Below, in pieces: positions 11,166 through 24,000 of a stretch of DNA of 64,000 bases. The translations under genes were made by a program, and so were the position numbers. The notes under the pieces are model-generated. The model ran no database searches. It was given only the letters and a program-made list of their open reading frames with translations, and was not told where the DNA came from. Source of the stretch: Vicugna vicugna. Lineage: Eukaryota. The stretch lies in assembly GCA_013265495.1 (NCBI GenBank), contig MU058669.1:62001-126000 (forward strand). The letters are read 5' to 3'. Within the stretch, counting starts at the first letter, position 1. Each line of letters begins with the position of its first letter.

Positions 11166-13857
11166 TGTAATCTCGACAGCATCCGTGCAAGGTTTTACAG
11201 AAGAGAAAATTGAGGCTCAGAGAGATGAAGTAACGTATGACACCAAGAAGCCACATGGTTAGAACCTATTATATGAACCCAATCCTGCAAATAATTGCCA
11301 GTGTTAGTCTATGTGCACCAAAAAATCTGGAGAGATAATCCCAAACTGGGCCAAGGATTATGCCTGGGAAACGGATTTATAGGCACTGTCACTTTCAACA
11401 CCATCTATTTCTGTTCTGTTAACTTTGTTGTAACACGCCTGAGTTAACTTTCTAATCAGAGAAAGCAATATAGATTTTTTTTTTAATTTCTAAAAAAAGT
11501 CCCTGTCCTATATCTCATCTGCCCAGGACCTCAGCACTCTCTCCCCACTGCTCCCTCTTCCAGACACAGCCACGTGTCTGACCAGAGCCCCAGGCCCCAC
11601 TGATAAAGGCCAGGGCCCACTGAGCGAGCCCCTATCAGGCCCGTGCAGATCCTGAAGTCCCATCCACCTGGTGCCCCCAGGGAGGGTGGGCCCTGTCCCA
11701 GGAATCAGCAGGCCCTGGAGATAACAGGAGGTCCAAGGGGTGGGTGGCAAGAACCAGCGGGGCCAGGGTCTGCAGCAGGGAGGTGGGCTGAGAGCCAGGG
11801 ATGTTGGCAGGCCTCTCCCTACTGGACAGACGAGGCCGCTAAGACCCAGAGAAAGTGTGACCAGGCAGGTCTATGTTTGCAGAGCTGACTATGACTTCCA
11901 TGTGGCCCTGGGCACGTGTTATCCCCTCTCTGAGCCTCAGCTTCCCCTGGGATTCTTTGGTTTCATCTTAGTCCTCTTTTAGGAAGTAACGTGGGTCCTG
12001 AAACCATCCTTGAAAACCCCCCAGTGTGCTGGCTGACAGCCCAACAAACACGATGTCCTGGGGCCCCCAGGATCAACTCTGAGTGATACGTGGAAGCTGG
12101 AAGGCCACGTGACCCCGAACACATGGGCACAGGCCTGCCTGGGGCTGCCCATGGCTGCAGGCCCCAAGGACAAGCCTGGCCACCCTGGGCCAGGCCAAGG
12201 CTTGTTTACATGTCCAAAGGTCAGATGCTGCCTTCCAGGGAGGGCCTCAGCTGGTGAGAGTCTGCAGCTGTGTGCCCAGGACACAGATAACGTGTGCCCC
12301 GGGGAGGGGCAGGCAGATCCAGAAGAAGGTAAAGCGGGAATGACACTCAGGTCGCTGCTGTGGGCCCGGCCTGGGAGTGTCTGCCTCCCCTGCTGGTCCA
12401 GGAGAACCTTTAGCCCTCACCTGGTTGATGCCACTTAGCCCCGTGTCCCTGAGCCTATGACAGCTCTGTATTGCCCACCACTTCATTTTATGCCACGGGG
12501 TGCATTCACTGCCCTAAACCTCAGTTTCCTCATCTGTAAAATGGGAGAAATCACTGCTCTTAGCTGATGGGGTGCAGAGAGGAATGAGGAAGCGAAGGCC
12601 TGGGGGTGTCAGGTGAGTGGGAGGGACTTACACAGGAGTCCCTCACTTGAGGGATAGCCCCTTTTTCTGAGAGCCCCTGCTCCACCATAAGGAGGCTTGA
12701 GAGATCTCCCCTCTCAGAATCTCAAAATCACAGGGAGGGGCCTAGAAGTCCTGCCTGTCTCTTTAGCTTTCTCCCTTGAGGTATTTTCCAATGCCTTTCA
12801 AATCCTGCCTCCCCCTCTCCCCTGCCCCCTGCCCTATTGTGTGAACAAAAGTGTAGAGGGTTCCTAGTCTGGTTGTTGTGTTGGGATTTGTATACTGAAA
12901 CCTGAAAAGTGGCACCTCTCAACGCGCACGCACACACGGGGGTCCACTCTGCTGGAGTCTCTGCCGGGGAGGGGACTGGGGCCATTCCTCTCTTATCTCT
13001 CCCCCCAGGGCACTCTCAGTCATCCAAACTCTGCTCACTCGAAAGGAAGAGGGAAGCTGAAGGTAGCTGAGTCTGTTACCAAAATATTTAACCCAAATTT
13101 CTTATGTTAGATTGGCAAAAGCAAGAACATGGGTCACCCCTGAGGTTGGCACTGCCATGGGAGGTGGGCTGACTCCCACACGCTGATGGGCAGGCCCACC
13201 TGAGGGTAATTAGCATCTCCATCCACACACAACCACACACACAACCCACAACCCAGGACCACACACCTAGGAGTCTCCGGGACACAGACGCTACAACAGA
13301 GGCATTGTTCATGAATGTCTGTGGTTTTGGTAAGAGCGTAACAATATTGGAAATATTTCAAATGACTACCCACAGAAGGTCAATTACCGAGACATTCTGT
13401 GATCTGACCACACTATGGAATACGATACAATTGCTGGAAAGTTTGGAAATGTTTCCAAGACTCACTGGCAGGTGAGAAAAGCAAATTGAAGAAACATATG
13501 TACGAACAGAGTTCTGAAAACATATCTAAACAAAACTACTCTTTCTTGACCAAGGTATCTAGCAGCTCGGGGACACTGGCATGGAAAAGTTCTGGCAGGA
13601 GTCACAGCAAGCGATTAACTTAATTCATGCCCTTTTTCTAACTGTGTGACCTTGGGAAGTGACTTAACTCTCAGCCTCAGTCTTCTCTTTTGTAAATTGG
13701 TAATAATAGACCTCATAGGGTTGTGACGAGCATTAATACAACTAATTACTGCAAATCATTTAGCACATAACAAGCATTCCATAAATATTTAGGCAAATGA
13801 GGTAGGAGTCGATTTTCAGCTGCGCGTTAAGGTGGTGGAGGCTCGTCTGCCTGTCTT

Positions 13858-13876
13858 TGCTGCCACCTAGTGGCCA
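13858..13876 (-). promoter_or_regulatory. CTCF motif
   Basis: Reverse complement TGGCCACTAGGTGGCAGCA, near-consensus CTCF core. Confidence 0.7.
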
Positions 13877-14428
13877 CACGTGAGAAAGCACACACTGGAA
13901 CGCCCGTCTTCCCTTTCATTCAAGTCACAATTTGTCCAGGGCCTACAAAGCCTCAGAGACACACAAGTCCTGCGCCTTTGAGTGGAGTGTGGCGGGTCTC
14001 AACGGTCCCAGGCCTCTGTGAGTCTCAGTTTTCTCATCTAAAGAAGGTAGGTAATAACAACTTATATGTTTGTAAGGATAAAAGGCAATAATGCATGTAA
14101 AATATTTAACAGTGGCCCTGCCACGAAAGAAAGCTCTAGAAATGGTAATTATTGGTATTTACACACATTATCTTATGTAGGAAAACAGTATTATACCCAT
14201 TTCACGGCTGAGGAACAGGAGGCTCATAGAAGTCAAAGTAATTTGCCCAAAGCTGTTTAGAGAAAGGGCTGAGATTAGAATCCAGGTCTGTCCCTGGGGC
14301 TGCCTCACCACCCTTAAGATAGCATCTCACACGCTTATCTGAAAAGGAGTAGGAATAACCTGTTTTTACCACCACAGACACCTGAATTCCGGATTCCCAC
14401 AGGCCAGGAACATTAAAAAATTCTCAGC

Positions 14429-14870
14429 TGTATTGGTTGTCTATTGCTTCATAACAAAGTGACCTAAAAACTATTGGTCCCTACATGCCCCAAATGCCTT
14501 ACCCTAGTCCGGCCCTGCAGCTGGGCTGGGGAACTGTCCGCTTCCATGCTCAGGTGGCTGCTGGCGGGATTCACCCCCCAAGCTGTTGGCCAGAGGCCAC
14601 CCTCTGCTCCTGGCCGGATTGTCAGTCTTTCAGCCATCACAGTTTGCTTCATCAAAGCCCCCGGGGCAAGACAAGAAGGCACGGGCAGGGGTCACCTGTC
14701 ACGATGGAAGTGACCATCTTTTGCCACTAGTCAGGAAGTGACTGTGGCTGTGTTCTAGTCTTAGAAGTGAGTCACCAGGCCCAGCCCATCCTCCAAGGCA
14801 GGGATTACACAAGAGCTTGAACGCCAGGAAGAGGGGATCCCAGGGAGCCGTTCTAGAGCCTTCCCACCAC
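14429..14870 (-). mobile_element. MaLR LTR (MLT1H-like)
   Basis: Starts 'tgtattggttgtctattgcttcataacaaa', ends 'cttcccaccaca'; internal 'agaagtgagtcacc..cccagccc..caaggcagggattacaca'. Confidence 0.65.
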
Positions 14871-16267
14871 ACCAGAGTTTTCAGCTCTTCATTTTGCCCC
14901 AGAAGAACATTTAGAAAATCAACTACGCCCTCTGGTTACCATCATTCCATTTAAGAAATAAAAAAGAATTTTTACGATTTGCCTAGATACAAAGGGATAC
15001 TTTCAGAATAAAAGAGACTCTCTTGGGGTTAGATAAACGTAGCTCTAGCAGAAAGGTCCCACGTGGTCCTGAGTTTGCTCACTCTGCGGCGCTCTGGTGC
15101 CCGGCCTCACACTGGGAACCTCCCGCCTGGAGCGAGGTAACCCCTAGTTTGAGGGAAAAAAACAGAGGAGGGGATGGGGTCTACCTGAGCATGTCTGGGG
15201 CCCACACAGCGCCTAGCACCCCAAAATACACTGGCCGAATGAATGAACATGTGGATGAAGACCCTCATGCAGTGTGTCACACTTACCCCCAACTCTCAGA
15301 CGAGAAATTGGGCCCTGTAAGGCCAAGTGACAGATGGATCTAAGGTGGCAGGGCTAGAAAGGAGATTAATACCTGCAGGGTGGTTGGTTTGACATAAATC
15401 CCTTCTACATCCATTAGCTAAACCCAGAGTCTCCACAGTCCCCAGTCAGAGGAGGGTGATTCCATTTCCCATTTTGGCACTGAGCAACCAGGTCCAGAGA
15501 GGTGAAGCAACCTGCATGGAGGGTCTCAGTGTGGCCGTGGGGAAATGGATCCAGAGGTGGTCCAGGGAGGTTCAAAAGAAAAGCAGCGAGGGGTCACTGA
15601 GCCGGGAGGGTCAGGCCTGGGGTCATTTGGCCAGGCTGCCAGACTGGGAGTCAACCCCAGGGGGGCGATTCTGATGCTGAGGACACCAGCCATCCCCACC
15701 TGTCCAAAGAGGGGCAGACGAGGTACTGTAGCAGGTAGCAGTCTGGGTACCTACCCAGATGGCCCCCGCAAGAAGGCAGGAGACTCTGGAGCGAGCAGGC
15801 AGGTCAGCCTTGGAAGCGCAGAGCTCCTCTGCTCCCCTTTGCTGGGCCAAACCTGCCCCATTCATTCCCAGCCCTCCACAGCCTGGCCCCCAGGGTCCCT
15901 CTGCTGCAAGGGGTACACTTTCCCACCTGGCCCTTTTAACTGCATCCATATCCCCTGGTTTATGCCTTCCTTTCCTGAGAAGCACCCCGCTGGGGCTTCC
16001 CCCAGCAGCCCCAGGCCCCTGCCGAGCACCTGATCAGTGACATCACTGGAGCCGCACGACCACTTTGTCCAGCATTTCTTGTATCCAGGAGTGCCCAGTC
16101 TAGATGAACCCACAAACAAAATCCCAACATAGCACTGCTGTCATCCCCGCTTTCATAAGAAGGAAACCCAGGAGCCAAAAGGTGAGCCGGTGTGGCCAAA
16201 TCACACAGCTAGTCTTTGGGGCCACAGCTGGAAGGAGAAAAGGCCATGTTTTAAAATCCTGGTTCCT

Positions 16268-16337
16268 GTGTTTGCTTTGGCAGCACAGATACTAAAATTG
16301 GAACGATGCCAAGAAGAGCAGCATGGTGCCTGGGCAA
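16268..16337 (+). pseudogene. RNU6: 3'-truncated U6 snRNA retropseudogene
   Basis: GTGTTTGCTTTGGCAGCACAGATACTAAAATTGGAACGATGCCAAGAAGAGCAGCATGGTGCCTGGGCAA aligns without gaps to U6 nt 1-70 (58/70 by hand count). The ACAGAGA box is destroyed, and the copy sits inside a TSD-flanked insertion. Confidence 0.92.
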
Positions 16338-16480
16338 CGTTGTACAGCATATCGTAGTTTTAACCAACGTTACCCCAATTAAAAAAAATAGAAACAAGTA
16401 AATAAATATGGTTAAGATGGTAATAAAAATGTTTTAAAGAAAATCCTTATTCTTGAATACAATTCATTGCGCTAACACTT

Positions 16481-17385
16481 AAAAGAAAATTTTCTTTTTG
16501 GAAGGGAGGGAGGGTATAGCTCAGTGGTAGAGCACACGCTTAGCATGTACGAGGTCCTGGGCTCAATCCCCAGTACATCCATAAAAAAATAACTAACTAA
16601 ATAAACCTAATTACCCCTCACCCCCCAAAAAATTTTAATTGAAATATAGTTGATTTACAATGTTATGTTACTTTCTGGTGTACAGCATTGTGATTCAGCT
16701 ATACATATGTATGAGTTCTTTTTCAGATTCTTTTTCATTATAGGTTATTATAAGATACTGAACATAGTTCCCTGTTCTATACATTAGGACCTTGCTGTTT
16801 ATCTGTTTTGTATATAGTAGTTTGTACCTGCTCATCCCAAACTCCTAAATTTATCCTTCCCCACCTTTTCCCCTTTGATAATTGTTAATTTGATTTCTAT
16901 GTCTGTGAGTCTCTCTCTGTTTTGTAAATAAGTTCATTTGTATCCATTTTTTAAAGATTGCACATATAAGTGATATTATATGACGTTTGTCTTTGATTTA
17001 TTTCACATAGTATGATAATCTCTAGATCCAACCATCTTATGGCAAATGGCATTATTTCATTCTTTTTTTTTTTTTTTTACAGCTGAGTAGTATTCCATTG
17101 CGTAAATATACCACAGCTTCTTTATCTGGTCATCTGTCGAAGGACACTTAGGTTGCTTCCATGACCTGGCTATTGTAAATAATGCTGCTATGAACATTGG
17201 GGTGCATGCATCTTTTCAAATTAGAGTTTCCTCTGGATATATGCCCAGAAATGGGATTGCTGGATTATATGGTAACTCTATTTTTAGTTTTTTAAGGAAA
17301 CTCCAAGCTGTTTTCCATAACGGCTTCATCAATTTACATTCCCACCAACAGGTAGGAGGGTTCCTCTTTCTCCGCACCCTCTCCA
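16481..17385 (-). mobile_element. 5'-truncated L1 3' end with TSD
   Basis: L1 3' UTR/ORF2 end ('ttttaattgaaatatagttgatttacaatgtt...gaacattggggtgcatgcatcttttcaaattagag'); TSD tgcgctaacactt (16468-16480) / tgtgctaacactt (17386-17398). Confidence 0.9.
16504..16632 (+). mobile_element. vic-1 type SINE inserted in the L1 poly(A) tail
   Basis: GGGAGGGTATAGCTCAGTGGTAGAGCACACGCTTAGCATGTACGAGGTCCTGGGCTCAATCCCCAGTAC...AAACCTAATTACCCC. Confidence 0.92.
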
Positions 17386-18124
17386 TGTGCTAACACTTTG
17401 TAGGCATTATCTCAATCACCAGCACATGGTGGCCACTACCAGTAACTCCACTTTGCCCTTGAGGAGGTCAAGGGACCTGCCCAAGCTTATCAGGGTGGTG
17501 AGTGGCTGGAGCCTGCTACTGGCCCTCATCAACTGAGCTCTCCACTGCAGAGCTTGGACAGATACAGTGGTTACTTCACTTATTAGGAGGCAGGGTACTG
17601 GTTTTCCATTCTTTTTTGTGGTCCTTGTCATTGCATCCCTTGCTGGGTGCCATGGGTTGAGGATGTGAAGTCTAGGATCAGTCAGCCTGGTGTAGGATCC
17701 TGGTGGTCCTTCCAGGTCCGGGATGCTGGGCAGGTCACTCAGTCTCCTTCAGGCTCAGTTTCCTCATCTGTAAAATGGGGCTGACACCAGTATGAACCTT
17801 GTAGGCCTGTGATGTGGCCCGAGTGAGGTAATGCATGTGTACACTTAGTGCTGAGCCTGGCTTCCTGCAAAAGCTAACAATAAATTGTTGTTAATTATTC
17901 TTACAGCTTATGAAACACTTTTGCATACATTGTTTGATTTGGTTCTCACAATAGCATTGAGAGTGTGGGGCAGGCAGGACTCATGATTCCAATTTTTTAA
18001 CATGAGGCAGCCAAAATTGGCAGGGAAGGGCTTGTTCAAGGTCACAGGGTCATGAACTTGGACTTGTTCAAGCCCAGGCTCACCGACTCCTCCCACCACT
18101 CCAGCACTCTTCACAAAACGCAGT

Positions 18125-18620
18125 CCAAGGGAAATATAAAGCAAGTCACAAGTATAATTTCAAGTGTTCTAATAGCCACACTGAGAGACGCAAAAACAGG
18201 TGAAAGCAGTTTTAATAAGATATTTTATTTAATCTACTATATACAAAATCTTCCATTTTAACATGTAATCAATATACAATTATTAAAGAGATATTTTACA
18301 TTTTTTCAAAACAAATCTTTAAAATCCAGTTTGAAGAGTGATTTATTTATTTATTTAGGTTTTTGTTTTTTTGGGTTTTTTTTGTGGGGAGTAATAAGGC
18401 TTATTTATTGCTTTATTTTTACAGGAGGTACCAGGGACTGAACCCAGGACCTCGTGCATGCTAAGCATTCGCTCTATCACTTGAGCTATTCCCTCCCCCT
18501 AAAATCCAGTTGGTTGTTAACAAATTAAGATGTATTGCAAGTACAAAATACAAATACTTAATCAGTATTTAAACTATAAAATTCACAGCTGAAAAATAGA
18601 TTCACAAACCCACACTGTTC
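18125..18620. mobile_element. hAT-Charlie MITE (MER33/MER3-like), interrupted by a SINE
   Basis: 'gttctaatagccacact...aaaacaggtgaaa..ttttaataagatattttatttaat...ttttaacatgtaatcaatata...gagatattttacattttttt'. Confidence 0.65.
18332..18499 (-). mobile_element. vic-1 type SINE
   Basis: 'gggactgaacccaggacctcgtgcatgctaagc...gagctattccctcccc'; exact 12-bp TSD taaaatccagtt (18320-18331 / 18500-18511). Confidence 0.92.
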
Positions 18621-18629
18621 CAGACACTT

Positions 18630-19715
18630 AAATAAGACAATAAAAAGAAAAAAGAAGTATAAATCTTTGAAAGGAAGACAAAACTTTTTATCAATGATTG
18701 GATCAAGCATCTTAAAAATCCAAGAGAATTGGTGCTCAAACCTTTAAAACCAATCACAGATTTCAGCAAGTGGTTAGATATGAGGTCAAGCTGGAAAAAT
18801 CAATAGCCTTGTTGAAATCCATCAATAATAATCAATCCTAAATAGATAACAAGAAAGAAACACCATCCCCCAAAGCCAAACAAACAAAAACTCCCAAGAA
18901 AATTATACAGCTAGAAACAATAACCAAAAAACACCTTTCTAAAAGCAATTATAAAACTTTACTGAAGAATGTCAAAAAATAAAAATCTGCTTAATGACAA
19001 GATATATCATGATCATGGATAAAAGATGTCAGTTCTTCCCAGCTTATAAGGGTTAATAAATATAATCAAAACACCACCAAGGTCTTTTGCAGAATACAAT
19101 GCACTTATTCTAGAAATACGTGGAAAAGTAAACAACAGTCAAGAAATCAATAAAACTGAAAGACCTTCTCCTATCAAACAGCAAGACTTAGTATAAAGAC
19201 TTGCTATATATAGTTAGGAGTCTCACCCTGGGAATACATATTAAGAAAAGGCAAAGCACAAGGAAACCCTGCCTTCCTATTTCACCACTTTGGGCACGAA
19301 AGAAACACAGCTTAAAATGAGATAGCCTTTTATACCTAACAGGCTGGCAAAAATTAAGAACAACAATTTCCATTGTTGGAGGTAAATGGGAAAACACATG
19401 CTCTCTACACTGCTAAGTGTGGGGGTTTATGGTGCAGGAATTGAGAATGAATCAAACTTCTCTGGGCAGCAGTTTGGTATCATATGTATCTAAATGTCAC
19501 ATGCCACGCTCTGACCCAGAGGTCTCCCTTCCAGAATTTATCCTTATGAAATGAAAGATGTTTACCACAGCATTGTTTATAATAGGAAAATACTGGAAGC
19601 TGCTTAAATGTCCATCAATCAGAAAGGGTTAAATAAATTATGTCTATATAACAGAATATCATAAACTATTAACAATGATAAGGTGGAACTACAGCATTGA
19701 CAGAGATTATTGAGT
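18630..19715 (+). mobile_element. Highly decayed old L1 (L1ME-like) ORF2/3' fragments
   Basis: A-rich L1 ORF2-like tracts ('aaaaatccaagagaat...gatttcagcaag...aaaaatcaatagcc'; 'cagcattgtttataatagg...aaatgtccatcaa'). Confidence 0.7.
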
Positions 19716-20384
19716 AAACATAATATAGATTGCTTTAACCCTACCACTCAGAAATAACCAGTGGTTAAATTTTTATTTTCCCAGCCCTTTTTCTGTACAT
19801 GCACACACATTATTTTAAGAAATGGAATTATACCATATGTATTACTTAATAATTAGCATTTACTTAACTATATATTGAATACTTTAATTTTTCAAGAAGC
19901 ATAAATTAGCCTTATACTGAAAAAGCTACTTTTATTAATTTTTAACTTCATATACTGCATGCTCATTTAACAATGCAATCCCTATAGGTAAAGCTAAAAT
20001 CTGTTTACTTCTTTCCCCAAAGTCACCGTGTTGGGTGTGTATCCTTTCAACTCTTTCCTCAAACTTTTCAGACCACTTACATTCATACATATGTACATGT
20101 ACGCATATGGAGTTTTGTGTTTATATTATTCAGTAACTTGGTTTTATAAGTTAACAGTATGACTTGACAGTCAGCCAGAAACCAGACAAATTTTAGTATT
20201 TTATTTGTTGCCTCCTACTCCATTTCCTGACTGATGGCTATTTAACAGTGAAAGAGTAAAAACAAGCAAACAAATGAAATTTAAAAATAAAACAATGATG
20301 AGTAAGGAAGGGAGGGAGGAACAGAAAAGGAAAACAAAAAAAAGGAGTATCTTCCTTGTTAAAACGGTTTTAAATCTCCCTTGA

Positions 20385-20403
20385 TTTCCACTAGGGGGAG
20401 ACA
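20385..20403 (+). promoter_or_regulatory. CTCF motif
   Basis: TTTCCACTAGGGGGAGACA. Confidence 0.55.
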
Positions 20404-20529
20404 GAGACACACGGACGAGAAGTGCCCCAATGCACGGTAATTGATGGGAGGTTCATTAATTAGACAATTCAGTTACCCTTTCCCGATATTCCATCACTTT
20501 CTACCCTCCTCCTCCCACCATACCAGCCT

Positions 20530-21025
20530 TTCAAATGCGCCATCTCTATCTCAAGATTCGGGACTACTAGTTTTCGCGGGGCTTCCCCCTCGTTCACCCA
20601 AGACACCCAAACTCTGGGGAGCCCACACCCTCCCCCCAGCCCCGACACGCTGAGAAGCGCACCCGGAAGAGCTGTGGCACAGTCAGCAGATGCTCGCTGT
20701 AAGGTCGGCTCGCGGTGGGTTAGATGCCCAAAGCCGAGGGAATGTCAAGGATCCTGACCGTTTCGGGGGCCCCAGCCCTGGGTCTTGGTGCTTATCGCCC
20801 CCTCGTGGCGGGATTTATTTGCGCGCCCCGCTCACACCCAGGCGCGCGCTCAGCGCTGGTGCAGCAGGTGCCACGAGCCCCAGGAGCAACCGAGGTCTCG
20901 GTGATCGTGGGGCTGCAAACACACCGGCTCGGAGAAATTCCCCCACTTTCCAACATTCCGCAAAGTGGATGTGCAGGAACAGCGGAGATACTCAACTCCA
21001 CCCAGGTGTGATGGAGCGCCGTCTC
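20530..21025. promoter_or_regulatory. CpG-rich regulatory element (small CpG island)
   Basis: High CpG density in non-repeat sequence; E2F-like TTTTCGCG (20571), ETS CCGGAAG (20663), NF-kB-like AGAAATTCCC (~20933), CTCF motif inside. Confidence 0.65.
20793..20811 (-). promoter_or_regulatory. CTCF motif
   Basis: Reverse complement CCGCCACGAGGGGGCGATA. Confidence 0.65.
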
Positions 21026-24000
21026 TCTTAGCCAGAGAGAACAAGTTTGTCAGCATGCATTGATTTTCCACATTTCCCACGTGTCCAGCTCCCTGATAAG
21101 TCCTTGGGTGTGTGTCCTTGGTGGGGGGTTAGGGGGGTATACAACATAAGATCAGACTCTGCCTCTGTCCTTAGTGGCTTCTCGTCGCCTTCAACAATTC
21201 TTTTATTTTGATTGCTTGCCCCTCTCTACTCCACCCCCCTCCCCATGCTAGAACACATGCCCTTCTGGGAAGCAGAGCAAATGTCCAACTTCTCTGCCCT
21301 CTGACCCCTGGTCTGGCTGAACCTAATCCCAGCATCCCCCAGTATGGGAACAGGGAACAGTAGCAAGTTATCTGTGAGGTTTCCTGGGAGAGCAGAAAGA
21401 GCACTGCTCAGGGAGCCTGCAGGCTGCTTCTGACCCTAGCTTGGCAGTTCCTTGCTGTGTGACCCTGCTTTGGTCCAGACTCTACCTGGACCTCTGTCTC
21501 CACCTCCCTTGGTGAGTCACTGAAGTTCTCACACTCCTAATTCACCTTTCACCTGAACGATAATCTCTGGAAGCAACTGCGGTCCCTCCCTGGGCTTGTT
21601 GTTGCAGCCTGAGCTGGGCCAGGATGGGCCCCTTGCCCCAGTGGACATCCATCCGGGGAGGGAGTGACTGCAGCAGCCTGCATCCTTGCTGTTCTGAGCT
21701 GCACCCAGGAGCCTGGGCCAGGCCGCTCCTTGGTGGAAGGCACCCCCATCCCATCCCAGGCTGTGTACTTTTTCCTCAATTCTTCAGTTCCCAGTTTAAA
21801 CTAATTTTCTGAATTCGAGGCCAGCATTTAAAAATAAGGAGAGTTACGTACAAATTCCCAGCTTCTTTTGTAAAATCATAAGTTCTGTCCCCTTTGGCTT
21901 GACATCCTAGAAGTGAGGCTGAGGACAGGCTGCCCTCCTCAGATGGCGGCTCTGGCTGTGGGTTTGCTGCAGGCCCCACCCTGCCCTGGACACCCACCCA
22001 CACGAGCTGCCCGGCCCTGTGAGCACTGTGGGTCTGGTCTGTGCAGGAGACTTCTTGGGGGCAGGGGCAGTGTCTGAATTGCCGGTGCCCAGCGCTGGGT
22101 CTGGAGCATGGTAGGAACTCAGTAGGCATGAGTTGAATAAATAGATGAATAAGAACGTTTTTGACATGAAATCTAAATTTACATCCTTCACCTTGGCATT
22201 CAAAGCCTCTCTGATCCTGTCCCAGACTACCAACAACACAGTTATGACCATGGTGGCGTTGAATACAGTAGTCATGCACTGTGCATGACTTTGTAGCCCT
22301 TTATAAAATCCCACTTACTCTTGTCAGCAGCCCTTTGGGGTCTGTTTTATCCTCCCATTTTACAAATGAGGACACCAAGGCTTAGAAATGGAAAGCAGTT
22401 AGCTGGGACTATGCTGCTCCTTACAGGGCAGAAATGGAGCTGGACCGCAGCCCTGTGTAACTTCTGGCCCCATTCCTGCCACTCCTCTCTCTGGCTGTGG
22501 TGAGTGCAGAAGCCTCAGCTCGCTTCCAGTCCAACTGCTGGGACCGTCTGCAGGCAGGGCACTGGGCTTGGCCCTGGGGCCCAGCAGGGAGGACACAGAG
22601 AAAGTTCCCGGCCTGCCCTCCAGGGGCCACTGTTTTTCCTCCTCATGGGACTCTAACAGGGCACTGGCTAAAATGTTTCCCAGCCCTCCTGCCTCAGGAT
22701 GTCTGGCTGTGGAGCCTGGGAACCTGCATTTCCACAGGCACCGCCAGGAGATTTCGATGTACCGGCAGGCTTGGGATCCTTGCCTGTGAGAATGGCTACC
22801 CTTATGGGCCCAAAGAGGGACCATAGGAAACCCTCTCTCCCACCAGGTACCTGGGAGCCTTCAGGCAGAGGTGGGACTTGTGTCCACTTGTTTATTCATC
22901 CATTCATAAGGCATAAGCTGAGCACTCAACAGTGAGCAGGTCAGACCCTGCCCCGCCTTAGAAACTTACAGCCTAGCTGGGGAGACAGAAAGTAACCAAT
23001 ACACAATCCAAGATGTGATAGGAAAGAAAAATATGGAGAGAAAGAGGGGGAATCAGAGGCATTCAGATCTTGCCTGGGAAGCTGAGCTCAGAGGGAGGAG
23101 GAGGGAGGAGCCGGGAGATCCCCTCCACAGCTAAGTGTCATGGACGACATTTGGAGCAGAAGGAAGGAGGGCACAGAGGATGGTTTGTTCCCTGTTGTTG
23201 ATACTGGCTTTCAGACATCTTGAGCAAGCCATGTCCAGTCTCTGGGCCACACCCTCCTCATCTGTGACATGGGTACCCCGGGCAATGTGAGGAGATTGGA
23301 CAAGGCTTTATCCTCTCTTACCCACGTGGGAAGGGAGTCAGGTTGGGGAGGGGCAGACTTTGTGCCTTTCCCCCTCTTCCCTGTCGTAAAAAGACTTTGC
23401 ACAATCCAGGCCATGACCGGGGAGCTTCTCTAGTTATTGGCATAAATCTCTCCCGGCCCCTGTGACGCTGATTCGCACCCCCAGGCCAGGCGCTCACTGT
23501 GGTTCCCCTGCTGCCCAGGAAGGCTGTGCTCACCCCTCTCGTCCCAGTGGGAAGCAGCTTGGGCAGACCCGGCTCAGGGTGCCAGCTTCGTCCAGGCCAC
23601 TCCCAAGCCCCTCCTGACATTTACGAGGTGCTGCTGAAGGCATGGGGCGCCCCAAACCCCAAAGGAATGTTAATTGGCTAAAGCTGTTGCCTGTGCATTC
23701 ACTGGGGCTCGAGTTATTACCATTCTATTTTTGTTTTCCTCCGGAGGCTGGGTTGGGCTGTGCAGCTGGCCAGTCACCTCTTGGCACCGGAGCCAGAGAC
23801 TAGAAGGGGCTGGAGATGGAGGATGGGGGTGCACAGAGCATCCTCAGCTTGTGCCCAGCTCTCACCCAGCTTCTTAAACTTGCTGGGGTCTAGACTCAGG
23901 GAGGGGTGAAGAGAAAGGTCTGAAAGGGAGATGAAAGGCGGAGGCTAATAAGGCAGCTATGGTGTCAGATCCACAAGGTTCCAAAGGCTGGTTCTGTCCC

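Noticed and set aside
10664..11182. 172-aa ORF with real protein similarity
   Set aside because: It is the L1 ORF2 C-terminus of a truncated retrocopy, not a host gene.
16504..16581. tRNA-Ala(AGC)-like sequences as real tRNA genes (here and at the other SINE copies)
   Set aside because: They carry SINE tails, A-rich ends, TSDs and stem or B-box mismatches.
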